The notes below the pieces were generated by a model. That model did no database searches. It was not told where the DNA came from and worked only from the letters and a program-made list of their open reading frames with translations. DNA of 63,761 nt, filler included, from Aduncisulcus paluster (taxonomy: Eukaryota), in NCBI GenBank assembly GCA_024181965.1. It is 5 parts of 5 records of this genome, joined end to end, with 100 filler letters (N's around TTAATTAATTAA, not from the genome) between each part and the next. Parts side by side here need not be neighbours in the genome. Positions count along the whole stretch, not along the records: positions 34,217 to 46,717 come from BQXS01012582.1; 4 more parts are not named here. One strand, 5' to 3'. Both the position numbers and the translations under genes were made by a program. Of the stretch, positions 34,117 to 46,817 are shown piece by piece. Within the stretch, counting starts at the first letter, position 1. Each line of letters begins with the position of its first letter.

Positions 34117-34216
34117 NNNNNNNNNNNNNNNNNNNNNNNNNNNNNNNNNNNNNNNNNNNNTTAATTAATTAANNNNNNNNNNNNNNNNNNNNNNNNNNNN
34201 NNNNNNNNNNNNNNNN
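34117..34216. other. Artificial scaffold-joining linker
   Basis: N44-TTAATTAATTAA-N44. Confidence 0.97.
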
Positions 34217-37200
34217 CTACCAAGAGCAAGGATAAAGCAGGAAAAGCCGGGAAAGCTGGAAAAGGTGCTAAAAGTGGGAGTGGAAATGAAGAGGAAGAAA
34301 CTCCAAGTTGGATTGGTGAATTCTCTGATCTTGTTGATATTCTTCCTACTTTGAGACCGTTAGCTGGCAAAGAAACCTCAAACACACTTGGTCTTGTTGA
34401 ATTGTATCCTGAATCGAACTCTATGGTCCTGTGTCTGTTGGCTGATGATTGCTGTGAAAATGCTGCGAAAAAGGAGAAGTTTAGACTTGGACTTATCGAG
34501 AAGGAGAAACAACGACGTGAACAGATCAGAAAAACTCGGCGTGAAGAAGAAGAAAGGTTGCGTTTTGAAGAAGAAGAGAGAATTCGGAGAGAAGAGGAAG
34601 AGGGAAAGCTGGAAAAGGTGCTAAAAGTGGGAGTGGAAATGAAGAGGAAGAAACTCCAAGTTGGATTGGTGAATTCTCTGATCTTGTTGATATTCTTCCT
34701 ACTTTGAGACCGTTAGCTGGCAAAGAAACCTCAAACACACTTGGTCTTGTTGAATTGTATCCTGAATCGAACTCTATGGTCCTGTGTCTGTTGGCTGATG
34801 ATTGCTGTGAAAATGCTGCGAAAAAGGAGAAGTTTAGACTTGGACTTATCGAGAAGGAGAAACAACGACGTGAACAGATCAGAAAAACTCGGCGTGAAGA
34901 AGAAGAAAGGTTGCGTTTTGAAGAAGAAGAGAGAATTCGGAGAGAAGAGGAAGAAGCCGCTCTGAGTGGAGACAAACCCAAAGATGGAAAGAAAGGGAAG
35001 AAGTCTGATAAGAAGGCTGAACAAAAGAAACAATCAAAGACTGACAAATCAGTTTCATCTGATTCTTATGAACCCAAGACACCAGAAGAGGATTTCCCAG
35101 AGGATGATTCTGACCTCTCTCCTCTTCCTCTTGAAGATCCATTCATATGTGAAGGTGTAGTCGCCTTTTCTCTTGGTCTCTCATCCCTTGAGAAAGAATG
35201 GACAGGATTCCCTGGTATCTCTTTCCTTATTGATGGTAAGAATGACGGTGGTTTTCTTACTGATATTTGCTCCATACTTGATCAGGCCTCGCTTCGATGC
35301 TCTTCTGTGTTCTGTTCCCAGTGTTTAAGCGATGAAATAGTCAGAGCTGCAGTGGGTATCAGTGTTCCAAGCAAAGAAAATGGGAATCAAGGGTCTGTGA
35401 AGACTGAAGGTGCTAAGGAATCCAAGACATCAAAGACTGCAAAGACTGCAAAGGGAGGAAAAGATAAGAAAGATGTTGAAATCTCTTGCGACTCGATGCT
35501 TTCTGTGCTCGATTCATTCCCTTCTCTTCCCTTGCGTCAGCTTAATCTCATTCATTGTCTCAAACGAGTGGCTTACAATTCTTCTGATGTATTTGAGATT
35601 GTTTTTGAGAAACTATCCTCAATCATGGAGAGTGTAGAAGCTTACAAGAAGAAAGAAGACATTCTCAAAGATATAAATAGTCGGGTTGAAGCTTTAAAGG
35701 AGAAGAAGAGTGAAGATGAGGATGGAAGTTCCCAGAAGAAATCATCAGGCAAACCAGATTCCTCAAATAGTGTTTCTACTACTTCTCAGAAAGATTCGGA
35801 TGCTTCTTCTTTGGCTATTTTCTTGCGTGTGATGAATATTATTCTTCACATTGTTCGTAATTCCCCTGAGAAACTATTAGTGCCATATTTAGATAGGCTC
35901 GAGGAACTCTCAATCTCTGTTGTGCTTAACATTATGAATCTTGTTCCTATGGTCTCCCCAGGATCTGACATTGAAACTCTTCACATTCCCCTTCTCGCAA
36001 TGCATCCAAATCCCATACTAACTTCTCTTGTTGAAGCCTTCTCTCTTACTTCTCTCTCTCATCTCCATATATGTGTTGGGTGTTGTTGTTTGCTGGATCT
36101 TGTATATATCTTGAAGAATTCTCAAAGTTCTGTTCCTGACATGACCAATATTGGGTCAGTGTTCTCCTTGGTTGATTCTACTGTTATTCTGTGTACTCGT
36201 TGTGGTGGAAGAGAACTCAATACGGTTGCATACACATTTATGGCTCTGACGTCACTTGTTGAGGGTATTATGGGAAGAGAAATCAAGGAAGACAAGGAAG
36301 ATGAGGAAGTGAATGATGTGAGATCTCTCCTATTCTTTGCTCTATTCTCTTTCTGTGTTGATATATCGATTAGTTTACGCTCTCTCTGTGGACGTATTGC
36401 CATTGTCCTTTCAAATAATGCTCATACCTCGATTGAAGCCTTTAAGGGGATATCTCCTGCAGGCGTAGTTCCCTATAAAGACTGGGTATTGCCCTGGATA
36501 AGTACTGCCTTCAGATTGAGTATGGTTGCAAGACGGGAATGTGAAGAATTCGAAGAGAAACGAGCTGTGGACAATGCTGATAGTGAAGACTTTGGAGCTA
36601 ATGAGCCTGTTCAAACAGAACCCAGAAACAAACAGCTGCAGAAGGGGGCTTCCTTATCTATTCAAGATACCATAACGAGAATGGTCCTCACAATTGATCG
36701 TTGTGTTCGAGTTTGTGTCCACTCACTCGATCTTAAGGAGTTGAGTCGTGAAAGAGCTTGTATTCTTGCCGAATGCATTCATCTTCCTCTGATTCAAATG
36801 TGTGGAAACAAAATATCAACGCTCAAAGCCAACTCATCCAAACAGATTCTGCTTGAAATGAATAAGGGACCAGTAGTTGAGGTAGGAGAGGGTAATTACA
36901 ATTCTGGATCTTCTGAGAAAGTTTCAAAGGATGAAAGTATCAAAAAGAAAGATGGTATCCATTCATATGATTCAGGAGAACAAGAAGAAGATAGGGGACC
37001 TTGGCATCGTTCATGTGATACTGTTCGTAGTGATGTAACTGTGGGTCGGGTTCTCTCACTTGTATTCAAGGATTCTGATGCAGCTGTGCCAACAGGGTTG
37101 CAGTTGGTGCGTGTTTGTGAGAGATTGTCACATTTGATTGCTTCCATGCCTTCCCTTCCTCTTGCTTCCACTTCTCCGATTGTGATTGAAGCTGCACAAG

Positions 37201-40200
37201 CAGGAAAAACAGGAAAAGACAGGGAATATATCACAGAGAAGGACTTGATGCGTGCTGTTGATATTCAGAGTCAGGGTGTTGCCACTCTTGTCCATGCCCT
37301 CAAAGATGCCCTTCGTACGACTGCTGAGACTGCCGTTGAGTGTTTCTGTATTGCGGATAAGAAAGAACAGGAATCCAAAGAAGTCAAGTGGTGGAGATGC
37401 ATTGTCTATAACAACATTATCTCGTCGATATGTTCATTTGTGTACGATTCTGTGATTCCTCTCTCATTCAAGGATATGAAGACAAACCAATCTGTTCATG
37501 ACGGGGCAAGAGTGGAACTGTTGCGTCTTATAAAGAATGGTGGAAGTGAAAGGAGTGATTTCACTGTGCCTCCTCCCCCTCTTGACTTTGTTGACACTTG
37601 TATCAAGGCGAGGGCTCGTGCCAGTGAATGTGAGCGAATGGCTCAGTTGAGTGTTCAGGATAATAGGAAGTTGGCACAGGTTCATGCCTCACGGGTGGCA
37701 GGAAAGAGACCACCCATTGTTAACACTCAATCCAAGCACTCTCTCTCGATGCACAGTCAAAAGAAAACCTCGCCATCGGACAAGTCATCGTTCTGTGTGA
37801 GTGAGCTTTTATCTTCTCTCTCATCTGTGAGTGTGATCTCTGCTACACTGGCTCGAGATGAGTGCGGAGAAGAGAAGGAACATCGTGAGGGTCGGATATC
37901 AAACGCTATGAAATGTGTTCACCAGGCTGTGGAATATGTAAGATCCGAGGAGGCAAAGAAGCGGGAGGCTGAAGCAGAAGAAATGAGAAGAAAGAAGAAA
38001 CTTGAGGATGAGAAGAAATCACGTGAGCTTGAAGCTCAAGCAAAACAAGAAGAAGTCACAGGGAAAAAGAAAGGCACAGGAAAATCTGCCACAGACTCAA
38101 AGAAACCATTGGGAAAGAATAATGATCCTTCTGATGCATCTGATGGTGATGAAAAATCTTCAGACAGAACTCAGACGACTCCTGATCCTACACGTATGTT
38201 CACTCCCTATGATGCTGAGGATTTATCCTATCTCCTCCCATCACTGGCTGTCCTTACTGTCCAGAGTGCTCAGGAGAGTCAGTCGTTATTCCGGCATTCT
38301 TGGGATACTTATTCTCATCTCCACAACCATATCAGAACAAGTCCTTCTGGAGCTTCTGAGACCGATGCTGACAGCGTGAAGGTTGTACATCTGGCTGAAC
38401 AACTTGAATATCTCTATTTCTATTGTTCAAAGGGCAAGCAAAGTCAAGATATGTCTGACTCTGAAGATTCGAGCGATGAAACGAATGTTCTAATTTCTTC
38501 TTATTTGAATCTATGTTCATCTTTGGCTCTTCCTATCTCCTCGCCTTCTTCCTCTTGCGTGTGTGTGATTGATTTAACCCGTTCTCTTATTGCTATCGCT
38601 CAACGTATTCTTTCCCTTGATCTCCTCCTTCCTTCAAGTCATGGGGAACGCAAGCATATTATGAAACCTCTCGCTGCTCTTATGAAAGGTGTTGTGTTTC
38701 TACTTGAGTCTTCCTTCTCCACGAGTCTGCCACATCATTCCTCGACTTATATTGGGATGATCAATGGTCTCAAGGCTGTGATGGCATTCTTTGAGAGTGC
38801 CTTCATCAACGATGATGCTCATATTCTCTCAAGTGGGAAACTGGCTCAAACTCTGATCCACTCTGTTCAGTTCTTCTCAGAGAGTATTAAACGCATGCAT
38901 TCCGTCATGGGATGTCCATACATGACTCCCCATGAACTCTTGACGCTCTCTGATAAGGAAAAGGCCGAGAAAAGGTTAGATTGGGAAGAGAAAGAGAAGC
39001 CTTTCCTATCAAAAGAAGCTATCCAAGCTTACCATATGTTCGAGTCATCTATTGTCCTATCGATTCCAATTCTTTTCCCCTGTGTGTTCCCTCTTCTTGT
39101 TCAAGTCACTTGCCTCGCTCTCTCTGAGGCTGGAAAAGCTGGGCTTGGTGTGAATGTGGCACAGACTGCTCTTTTACTTGTTTCTGAACTCTCTGGTTTG
39201 GTATGGGAAGGAGAGAAGCGTCTTGAAGGTGGATGTATGAGTGGGAGTGGGAGTGGATGCAATTCAAGGGCATGGAGTCGAGCAAGCACACGTGCTGGTA
39301 GTCGTTCCGGTAGTGTTCCCCAGTCTTTAGAACATCCCTCCCGTCTTTCTCTCTCCGAGCATGATGTCTTGGTGTCTGAAACTCGTGGATATCAATATGA
39401 TACGTGGGAAGAAGAGGAAGAAGAGGATGAGGAAACAATGGGTGTTGTCATTCGCTCTACAAAGGATCCTTCCACAACTCCCATATCTACTTCTCTCTTA
39501 TACTTTTCTGTTTCAAGACAATCGAGAAGCAGAACACAACTTCCTTTGTGCTTTACTTTCAATACGTTTGTTCTCATTGTTCCGACACTTCTTACTTGTC
39601 TGATGCAGTGTATTCTTGGATCATGTGAGACTAATGGTGTGTCTTGCTCCGATTCTGTTCGGTTGCTCGAGAAATACCAAGAACAGAAGCAATCCAAGGA
39701 AGTTGTTGAGGAAGAAACTGGAAAGAAAGGTGGAAGTAAGTCGAAAGATACTCCAAAGGGAAAGGGAAAGCAGAAGTCGACTGAAGAAATCAAAGACGAG
39801 TCTATTGCAAAGGATGATGCAAAGAAAGACATTAAAACACCTTTAGAAACTCTAACTCAGAGAGATCTTCACAATATGTGCTCAAAAGAAAGACGCAATT
39901 CCTTTGTTTTGACCCCTTCATTCCAAGGATTTAACACTGTGGATGCCAAGGCATGCATCCATGTTATTTGGAAATGTATTCTTGACCTTGTGAAAGAGCT
40001 TGATGATTCAATTGATTTTTGTCGAAAAGATAAAAGCAGGAAGAGAAGGAGAGTCCTTTGGAAAGAATGGGTTGGAGAAGAATCTACGATAGTCATACTG
40101 CTTGCAATCGCTTCCCAATTGGTTAGGATGGACGTACCTGAATCTTGGAAGATGGAAAGAGAGTTGTCTGGGAAATATGTGAGGAGATATCGGGTGAATT

Positions 40201-42298
40201 TACTATCTCAGAATACTAAATATAGAAAAATGTTTGATAGTCTTGGGTTTAGCAATTTCCAAACTTTATTCCCTCCAAATTGCCGCCACAGTATATTCAA
40301 TTGTGGTGCAATCGTGTCTTTTGTTTGCTTAAATTGCTTTGAAAAAATCAAATCCAATAACTATGATCTTTCTTTCCCATTCCTTTCTTCTCTCTCTCTC
40401 CTTTCATTTTCTCTTCTAAACGTTTCTCTTGAAGAAGGTTATCGGTTGAAATCTACTATAAACTCGACTCTATTCTCCAATCCAAAGAAAGCCCCCATCC
40501 ATGTTGTTGGAGAATCTTTTGTANNNNNNNNNNNNNNNNNNNNTGTGGTGCAATCGTGTCTTTTGTTTGCTTAAATTGCTTTGAAAAAATCAAATCCAAT
40601 AACTATGATCTTTCTTTCCCATTCCTTTCTTCTCTCTCTCTCCTTTCATTTTCTCTTCTAAACGTTTCTCTTGAAGAAGGTTATCGGTTGAAATCTACTA
40701 TAAACTCGACTCTATTCTCCAATCCAAAGAAAGCCCCCATCCATGTTGTTGGAGAATCTTTTGTAAACACAGACTCCACCGAACTCCCGAAGGATGAGGC
40801 CGTTGTTCGTTACATTGGTGTTGATGGAGGTGTATTGTACGGTGTTGTCCCTGCCCTTAAAGCTTCTTTCCAGCTCTCTCAGAGGGTTCTTGCTGTCTGT
40901 GGGGGAATGTCTGAAGGTGATATTCAGATGTGGATAGATTCTTTCTCAAAGGAATCTATTGGTGGAGGAGATGATGAGAAGAATGGTGAGGATAAAAAGA
41001 AAGCTTCTAAGGACAAGGATGGTGGCAAGAAGAAAGGAAAGAAAAGCGATTCTCTTGCTGACTCTGAGGCTCCAGAAATTATCCCTGCTTTCTCTTCCAT
41101 TCTTAGCCATACTCATGGCTTCTTCAGAACATGTCTGCTAACTCTTTCTGTTTCCTTGTGTGAGATTACGGGGCATGTAGCAAATCAGCATCGAGAGTCC
41201 AGAGAATTGAAGAGAGATGGAGAAGACTTTCAAGCGAGGAACTTGGATATTCACAAATTATCCACACTGCGAGTGCTCAGTGCGTGTCTTTCTGCTGCCA
41301 GTTATATTCATGAGACTCAATCCTTCCCTGATCTTCCTCACGTTCTATCCTCCCTTCTTCTTCCTCTGTTCTCCTTATCGGAGCATCCTTCTCTCGTCCG
41401 TATCTTGAATAATATCCACCGTTCTTCCTGTACAAAATCTCTTATTCAATCGTTGAAAAGTAGAATATCTGTTAGCACAAAAGATGCCTCCAAATTCTTG
41501 TCATACATTCCACTGTCTTACGAATCTGGTCAGGATAAGGATGAAGATGCCTCAAATGCCTTGTTTAGGATGGATATTTCCCCTGCTTTAAAGACCTGCT
41601 TAGCATTTATCCTCAATAATCTGCCATCAATTGATTCCGAATCGATTACAAAGTGTATTCCAAAGTGTTTTGATATTTTGGAGAGTGAAGAGGGAGAAAG
41701 TGAAGTCGTAATGGCGTCCATTATTGAAGTTCTTCCTTTCTCTGGTAAAGAAGAAGAGGATGACACAGACAATTCAATCTTGATAAAGTCTCCATTCATT
41801 GGACAAATGGAACGATTCCTGAAGGGTTTGTTGTCTGAATCATTTGAACGGATCCTTAGCGACACTGATTCTATTATTAGAATTCAAGAAACAGAGGATG
41901 GTTCTGCTTCATTGCTTGCTTCTGGTTCTGCTTTTATATCATATGATGGAATTCACGTTGCATGGAGTACTAAAGAACTTCTAAAAATAGATGATGAGAA
42001 AGAAGAGCAGGCGGCATCCAAAGATGATAAGAAGAAAGATAAAGGAAAGAAGAAGGAGAAAGATGATCAAATGGAGAAGTTCATTGAAAAATGTGGTCAA
42101 CTCATTATTCCAAGTAGTTTCTTGACAAGAATATGCCAATGTGAAACTAAATTTATTTTAGAAGAGATATTTGATTCTAACTTCTCCCTGAAATCATTAT
42201 GTCCTGATGAGGGATATATATTTGAGTTATTACAGTCTGGAGATCAACCTCTTCTTGAAAAGATCGTTAAACAATCTCATATTGAATTTCCTGAATAA
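34217..42298 (+). CDS. Very large (>2,500 aa) helical hypothetical protein, 5' truncated; split by a 353-bp duplication (~34250-34955) and a gap-flank duplication (40303-40523 = 40544-40764)
   Basis: ORFs 34351, 34704..40574 and 40556..42298 overlap with identical sequence and merge into one reading frame. Recurrent KKGKK-type patches. Confidence 0.85.
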
Positions 42299-42598
42299 TA
42301 AATTATTGTAATCTGCTGGTATATTTTATGAAATCCTATTTCCCGATCTAATGATAAATTGCACAATATATTTATTAATTCTTGTTATAATTGCGGGATT
42401 ATTAACATATTTTACCTTTACAACTTTTCAATTTCCAAAATTTTGGGAGATATTGAAAATCTGATGAATTATTAATATTTTGGCAGATTTTGATATATCT
42501 CTTAAATAAATAAGTAGCTTTTAAGAAACATCTTCCCATTAATTTGCTTGGAACACATCCCCAGATTCAAGCACAACTAAATTCCAAGATTTGACAGA

Positions 42599-45500
42599 AT
42601 GAACGGATTATATAGCAAAGATCAAGTATGTTTTATTTAATAATGCAGTATTTGTTTTCATTTAGGAGGTTTATTTTTATTTTTTATCTAATTTTAAAAT
42701 GTAGGATCATCATTTTGTAACAGTTCATCGTCCTAGCCATTCTGCACACGATAAACGATCTTATAAAGCATTAAAGGATGCTAAACGAAGAGATCAAAGG
42801 AACTTGGCACTTGGACTTCCCCTCACTTCTCAAGGTACACATTATGATCAAAGCTTTAGCGCTGTAGAGCGAGCTGAAGAACTTCGAATTGCTTCTGACG
42901 CAGCTTCTATGCAGCTTCCATCTGTTGGAGCTGATTCTTCCACTTTTCATTCATACGAACACTCTCGATTTGCTGAATCCCGAGATTCAAATCCAAGATC
43001 TCAACAATCAACATATTCTCCGCTTAGATATTATCATTCGTCTCGATCAAGTAATTCTTCGCGGCAATCTACCAAAAAGAAAACCTCATCAAGACCCTCC
43101 ACTCGTTCCAGCATTTCTAGGCCGAGAACAAGAGCTAAGACACGCTCCTCATCGGCAGTTTTACGCCGTGAAAAGAGTAGATCTGAAATTGGAAGTAGGA
43201 CAGGGTATTCAAGCATTCGTGGCGAAGTTCGGAGAAGGTGTGTCAGTGCCCTAAAAAGTCCCGAACTCCGTAAACATAAAAAACATGGTAAAAAAAGATC
43301 AAAGGGAACAATTCGCGATGAATCCCTTTTAGAATTCGATATTTCTACAAATCCAGCACATTCTTCATATCAGGCGATGGTCAACAAGGAACATCGTGCC
43401 ATGCGACTTGACAAGGCCTCTGGTCGCAAAAGTGCTGGTCTTATGCGCCGGAAAGGGATGATTATTCAACAGCCTCCACGTCCTCATTCGCATCGGGGAG
43501 TCTCTTCTTCGTTATCTCAGTCCCCCTCATCTGGAGCCACATTTAAAACTTCAAAACATAATTATCATACAATCAACAAGCTTAGGGGCACTGGAGTCCC
43601 TGTACGCAGGTTTGAGGGAGAATACCAGCCATTGGGTTCTTCAACCGCTTCTCGAAAGCAATCTCACCACTCCAAGGCTCCCAAACGAACTCTTCCCTCC
43701 CGTGGGCGAGATGAAAGGTTCCAAGACGGTGTGCAACGGAGAGTGGGCTCAGATTGGCGTGGATCCTGGCGTTCTGAACAGATATCGGACGATTCTTTCC
43801 TTCACGAGTCGCATAGATCTGGAAAGAGGCCTGGAGATTTGAGGGAAGAAACGTCTGAACCTTTTCCTGGTGGACATCATTCCGTTGCGCTCACCAATAC
43901 AAATCGATTCAGTGGAGCACAGGTTGTGTCTCTATTGCCCAACGCTATTATCTCGGATATTAATCCCACATCTTTGCTGCCTCAGCATTCATTTTCAGTG
44001 TCTGGTGATTCACTACCGATCTCATCCCTTCTAAATCACATTGAGAAGCTTTCGCATGCTTGTTGCATCCCAATGAGTGAAGTTCTTCTTTTGAGTCACA
44101 CTTTCTCGAGTATCCTTAATCCGTCCCGTAAATATGAAGCCATGAAAATGTATAATTGTTCTCTTGAACTCTTTCACATGCACACTCAAGCTGTCCTGAG
44201 AGAGGTCAAGCGTGTCAAGGGTATCTTGGAGGAGATGTGGAATTGTGTGTGTGTTTGTATTGTTGGGGGAGATAGAGAAGAAGAAGAAGGAAAAGAGGAG
44301 GAGAGGGAGGAATGTGCACGTTGGAATGACGTCTAGCGAACTACCCAACTCGTTATCGCCTTTGACAGAACCTCACCCCCATGACAGTGCATCTTCGGAC
44401 CAAATATCTTCACTTCCACTCACACCTCACTCTCTTCCCCTCTCCCCAACGTCTCTCTCCTTCCTCTTGCTGCTCCTTTCGTTCAGATCTGCCCTTTTGG
44501 AGCTCTCCAGTGCAATCGAGTGCTGGAGAAGGGATCTATACTCTCCCCGTGTGTTTACTGTGCAGCTTGAAGAGTGTGTGTTGCGATGCATCATGAAAGT
44601 CAAGAGCATTGGTAATGAATCTCTTGATGAAACCTCCAAGCTACCTGGCTCGAGATCATCTCAAAAATCGTCGAAATACACCTTTATTCTTACCCCTTCA
44701 CCTTTTAGAATCCATGTCCATGAAGACGATTCAATAGATCAGAATGATGAAGAGGATATTTCAAGTGATGCGGAAGAAATTACGCGGGAACAATTCATGC
44801 TTAAACACGGTCGACGTACCCACAGAGGCCATGGAAAATCCCAAACACAATCGAATACAGTCACATGCGACGTGGTGGACTGTTTACTGTCTCTTTATGG
44901 TGACATTATGAGGTATATGTTTGAGCATGTGTGTGAGTGCATTCAGTATGGTGTGAAGCGAGTGCTGAGTGCTCATGGAGAGAGGAAGCTCTGGAGACAA
45001 CGTGAGGAACAAAGAAGAGCTAAATATAGAAGTCAACTTGAGAAAGAGCAAGAAAAGGCAAAGAAATTATTAGCAGATGAGGATGATGAGGAATTTAGGA
45101 TGGAAGACGAGGAAGAAGAAGAAGGAAATGAAGAAGAAGAAGAAGAACCTGACTACGCTGATGTGAAATCTCCAGATATTGTGGAAGAAGAACTCAAGAA
45201 TGATCCTCAAGAAGAGTCTCTCCCATCTCCTCCTCTTCCCTTGGGCATGGGACCACCTGCATCAACTCGTATTCTCTCAACGGCTTCCTTGCCGCCCTCC
45301 ATTGCTTCCGTTCTCTCTGATCCCTTATTTACAGAGCGTCTGCACAAGTACATTCCTCTTCCTTCAACTTCACATGCCCATGTTGGTGAAGGGTGTGTTT
45401 ATGCACCTCTTTCGTCAAGCACTGATGAGAAGGAAGCTGAAACCAGAGGTATTGTGGATATGGACGATCAGGGTTATATCGTCCCAGGGAAATTCGATCA

Positions 45501-46717
45501 CCCCATCTTTCCTTTCCCCTCACGTCTTCCTCTATCCACATATTCCATGTTAGCCTTGCTGTTTTGTGTCGATCTTGGTTCTATCTTCCTCACTGCAAAC
45601 TCACACACTGCCCTCGAAGCAGTTGAAATGGTTATGCGGCACAAAGAGGCTAGTTCTAGACAAGGCAGTTCAAGGTCTCACAATAATCGTTCTTTGCTAT
45701 CCTCAGCTGAGGGTATTAGAGATTCTACTGATGGAAAGAGTGAAAATAACGACAACGATGATACTCCCCCAGTTCACTCCCCTAGAGTCCGAGGCAGACT
45801 TGTCGAGTGTGAAGAGGATGAAACATGTGTATATGATAATAGTGACAACGGAGATGATCATACGAGTGCCTCTCCTTATTGTCCGCTTCATCCGAGATCA
45901 CCTCAGATGTTTGTTGGGGCTCTATGTGCCACTGTGGAACGCTACATTGGTGCTGGTGCCTTTTCTGATGCTTCTTTCCATCGTCCAGGGCATGACTCCC
46001 TCTTCGCTTCGCTTCCAAATGCTGAGGATGCCCTATGTATTCTTTGTGACCCATTATTCTTTTTCAATAGCCACCATCCGCTGACTCTTCCTTTACCATT
46101 GGGGCTGACATTATCTGTTACTCACCGGGAGAAGGTTGAGAAACTTTTATATGGAGCCGGTTCTTTATCGTCTACAGCCGATGGCGGTAAGGGTCATGGT
46201 GATGCAAGTCTTCTTGCCCTATCTCCAAGGTATTACACTCGAAACGATACTCACCGGCTGTCTTTATCGGTTTGCGACGGTGATGTCGTTCTTGTTCGTG
46301 AGCAACTTCAAAAGGTTGCCGATGAAGAGAAGAGGAGGAAAGAAGAGAAAAAATACAAGAAGAAAGAAGAGGAAGAGAGAAAGAGGAAAGAAGAAGAGGA
46401 GAGACGAAAGAAAGAGGAAGAGAAGAGAAGGAAGATTCGTGAACGTTATGAAAGAGAAAAACAGGAAAGAGAAAGACGAGAAAGGGAGAAAGAGGAAGAA
46501 GCCGAGAGAAGGAAGAAAGAAGAGGAGGAAGAGAAGGAAAGGAAGGCGAAGCTGCGTCAAAAAGAGAAGATTGAAAGAGAGGCTATGCGAAAGAAGATTC
46601 AAGAAGCTAAAGCGAAGAAGGCCGCTGAGGAACAGGCCAAGCTTGAGGAAGAGGAACGTCTTGAGAAACTTCGGCTTGCCAAGATTCGCGAGAAATGGAA
46701 GAAAGAGAAATTGGAAA
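42599..46717 (+). CDS. Large hypothetical protein (basic Ser/Arg N-terminus, E/K/R coiled-coil C-terminus) with 5' intron(s) at 42626-42704 and an apparent frameshift near 44280-44330; 3' truncated
   Basis: ATG 42599 MNGLYSKDQ|GTATGT...TGTAG|DHHFVTVHR continues in frame into ORF 42804..44336, which overlaps ORF 44212..46773 across a purine-rich run. Confidence 0.7.
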
Positions 46718-46817
46718 NNNNNNNNNNNNNNNNNNNNNNNNNNNNNNNNNNNNNNNNNNNNTTAATTAATTAANNNNNNNNNNNNNNNNNNNNNNNNNNN
46801 NNNNNNNNNNNNNNNNN
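46718..46817. other. Artificial scaffold-joining linker
   Basis: N44-TTAATTAATTAA-N44. Confidence 0.97.
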
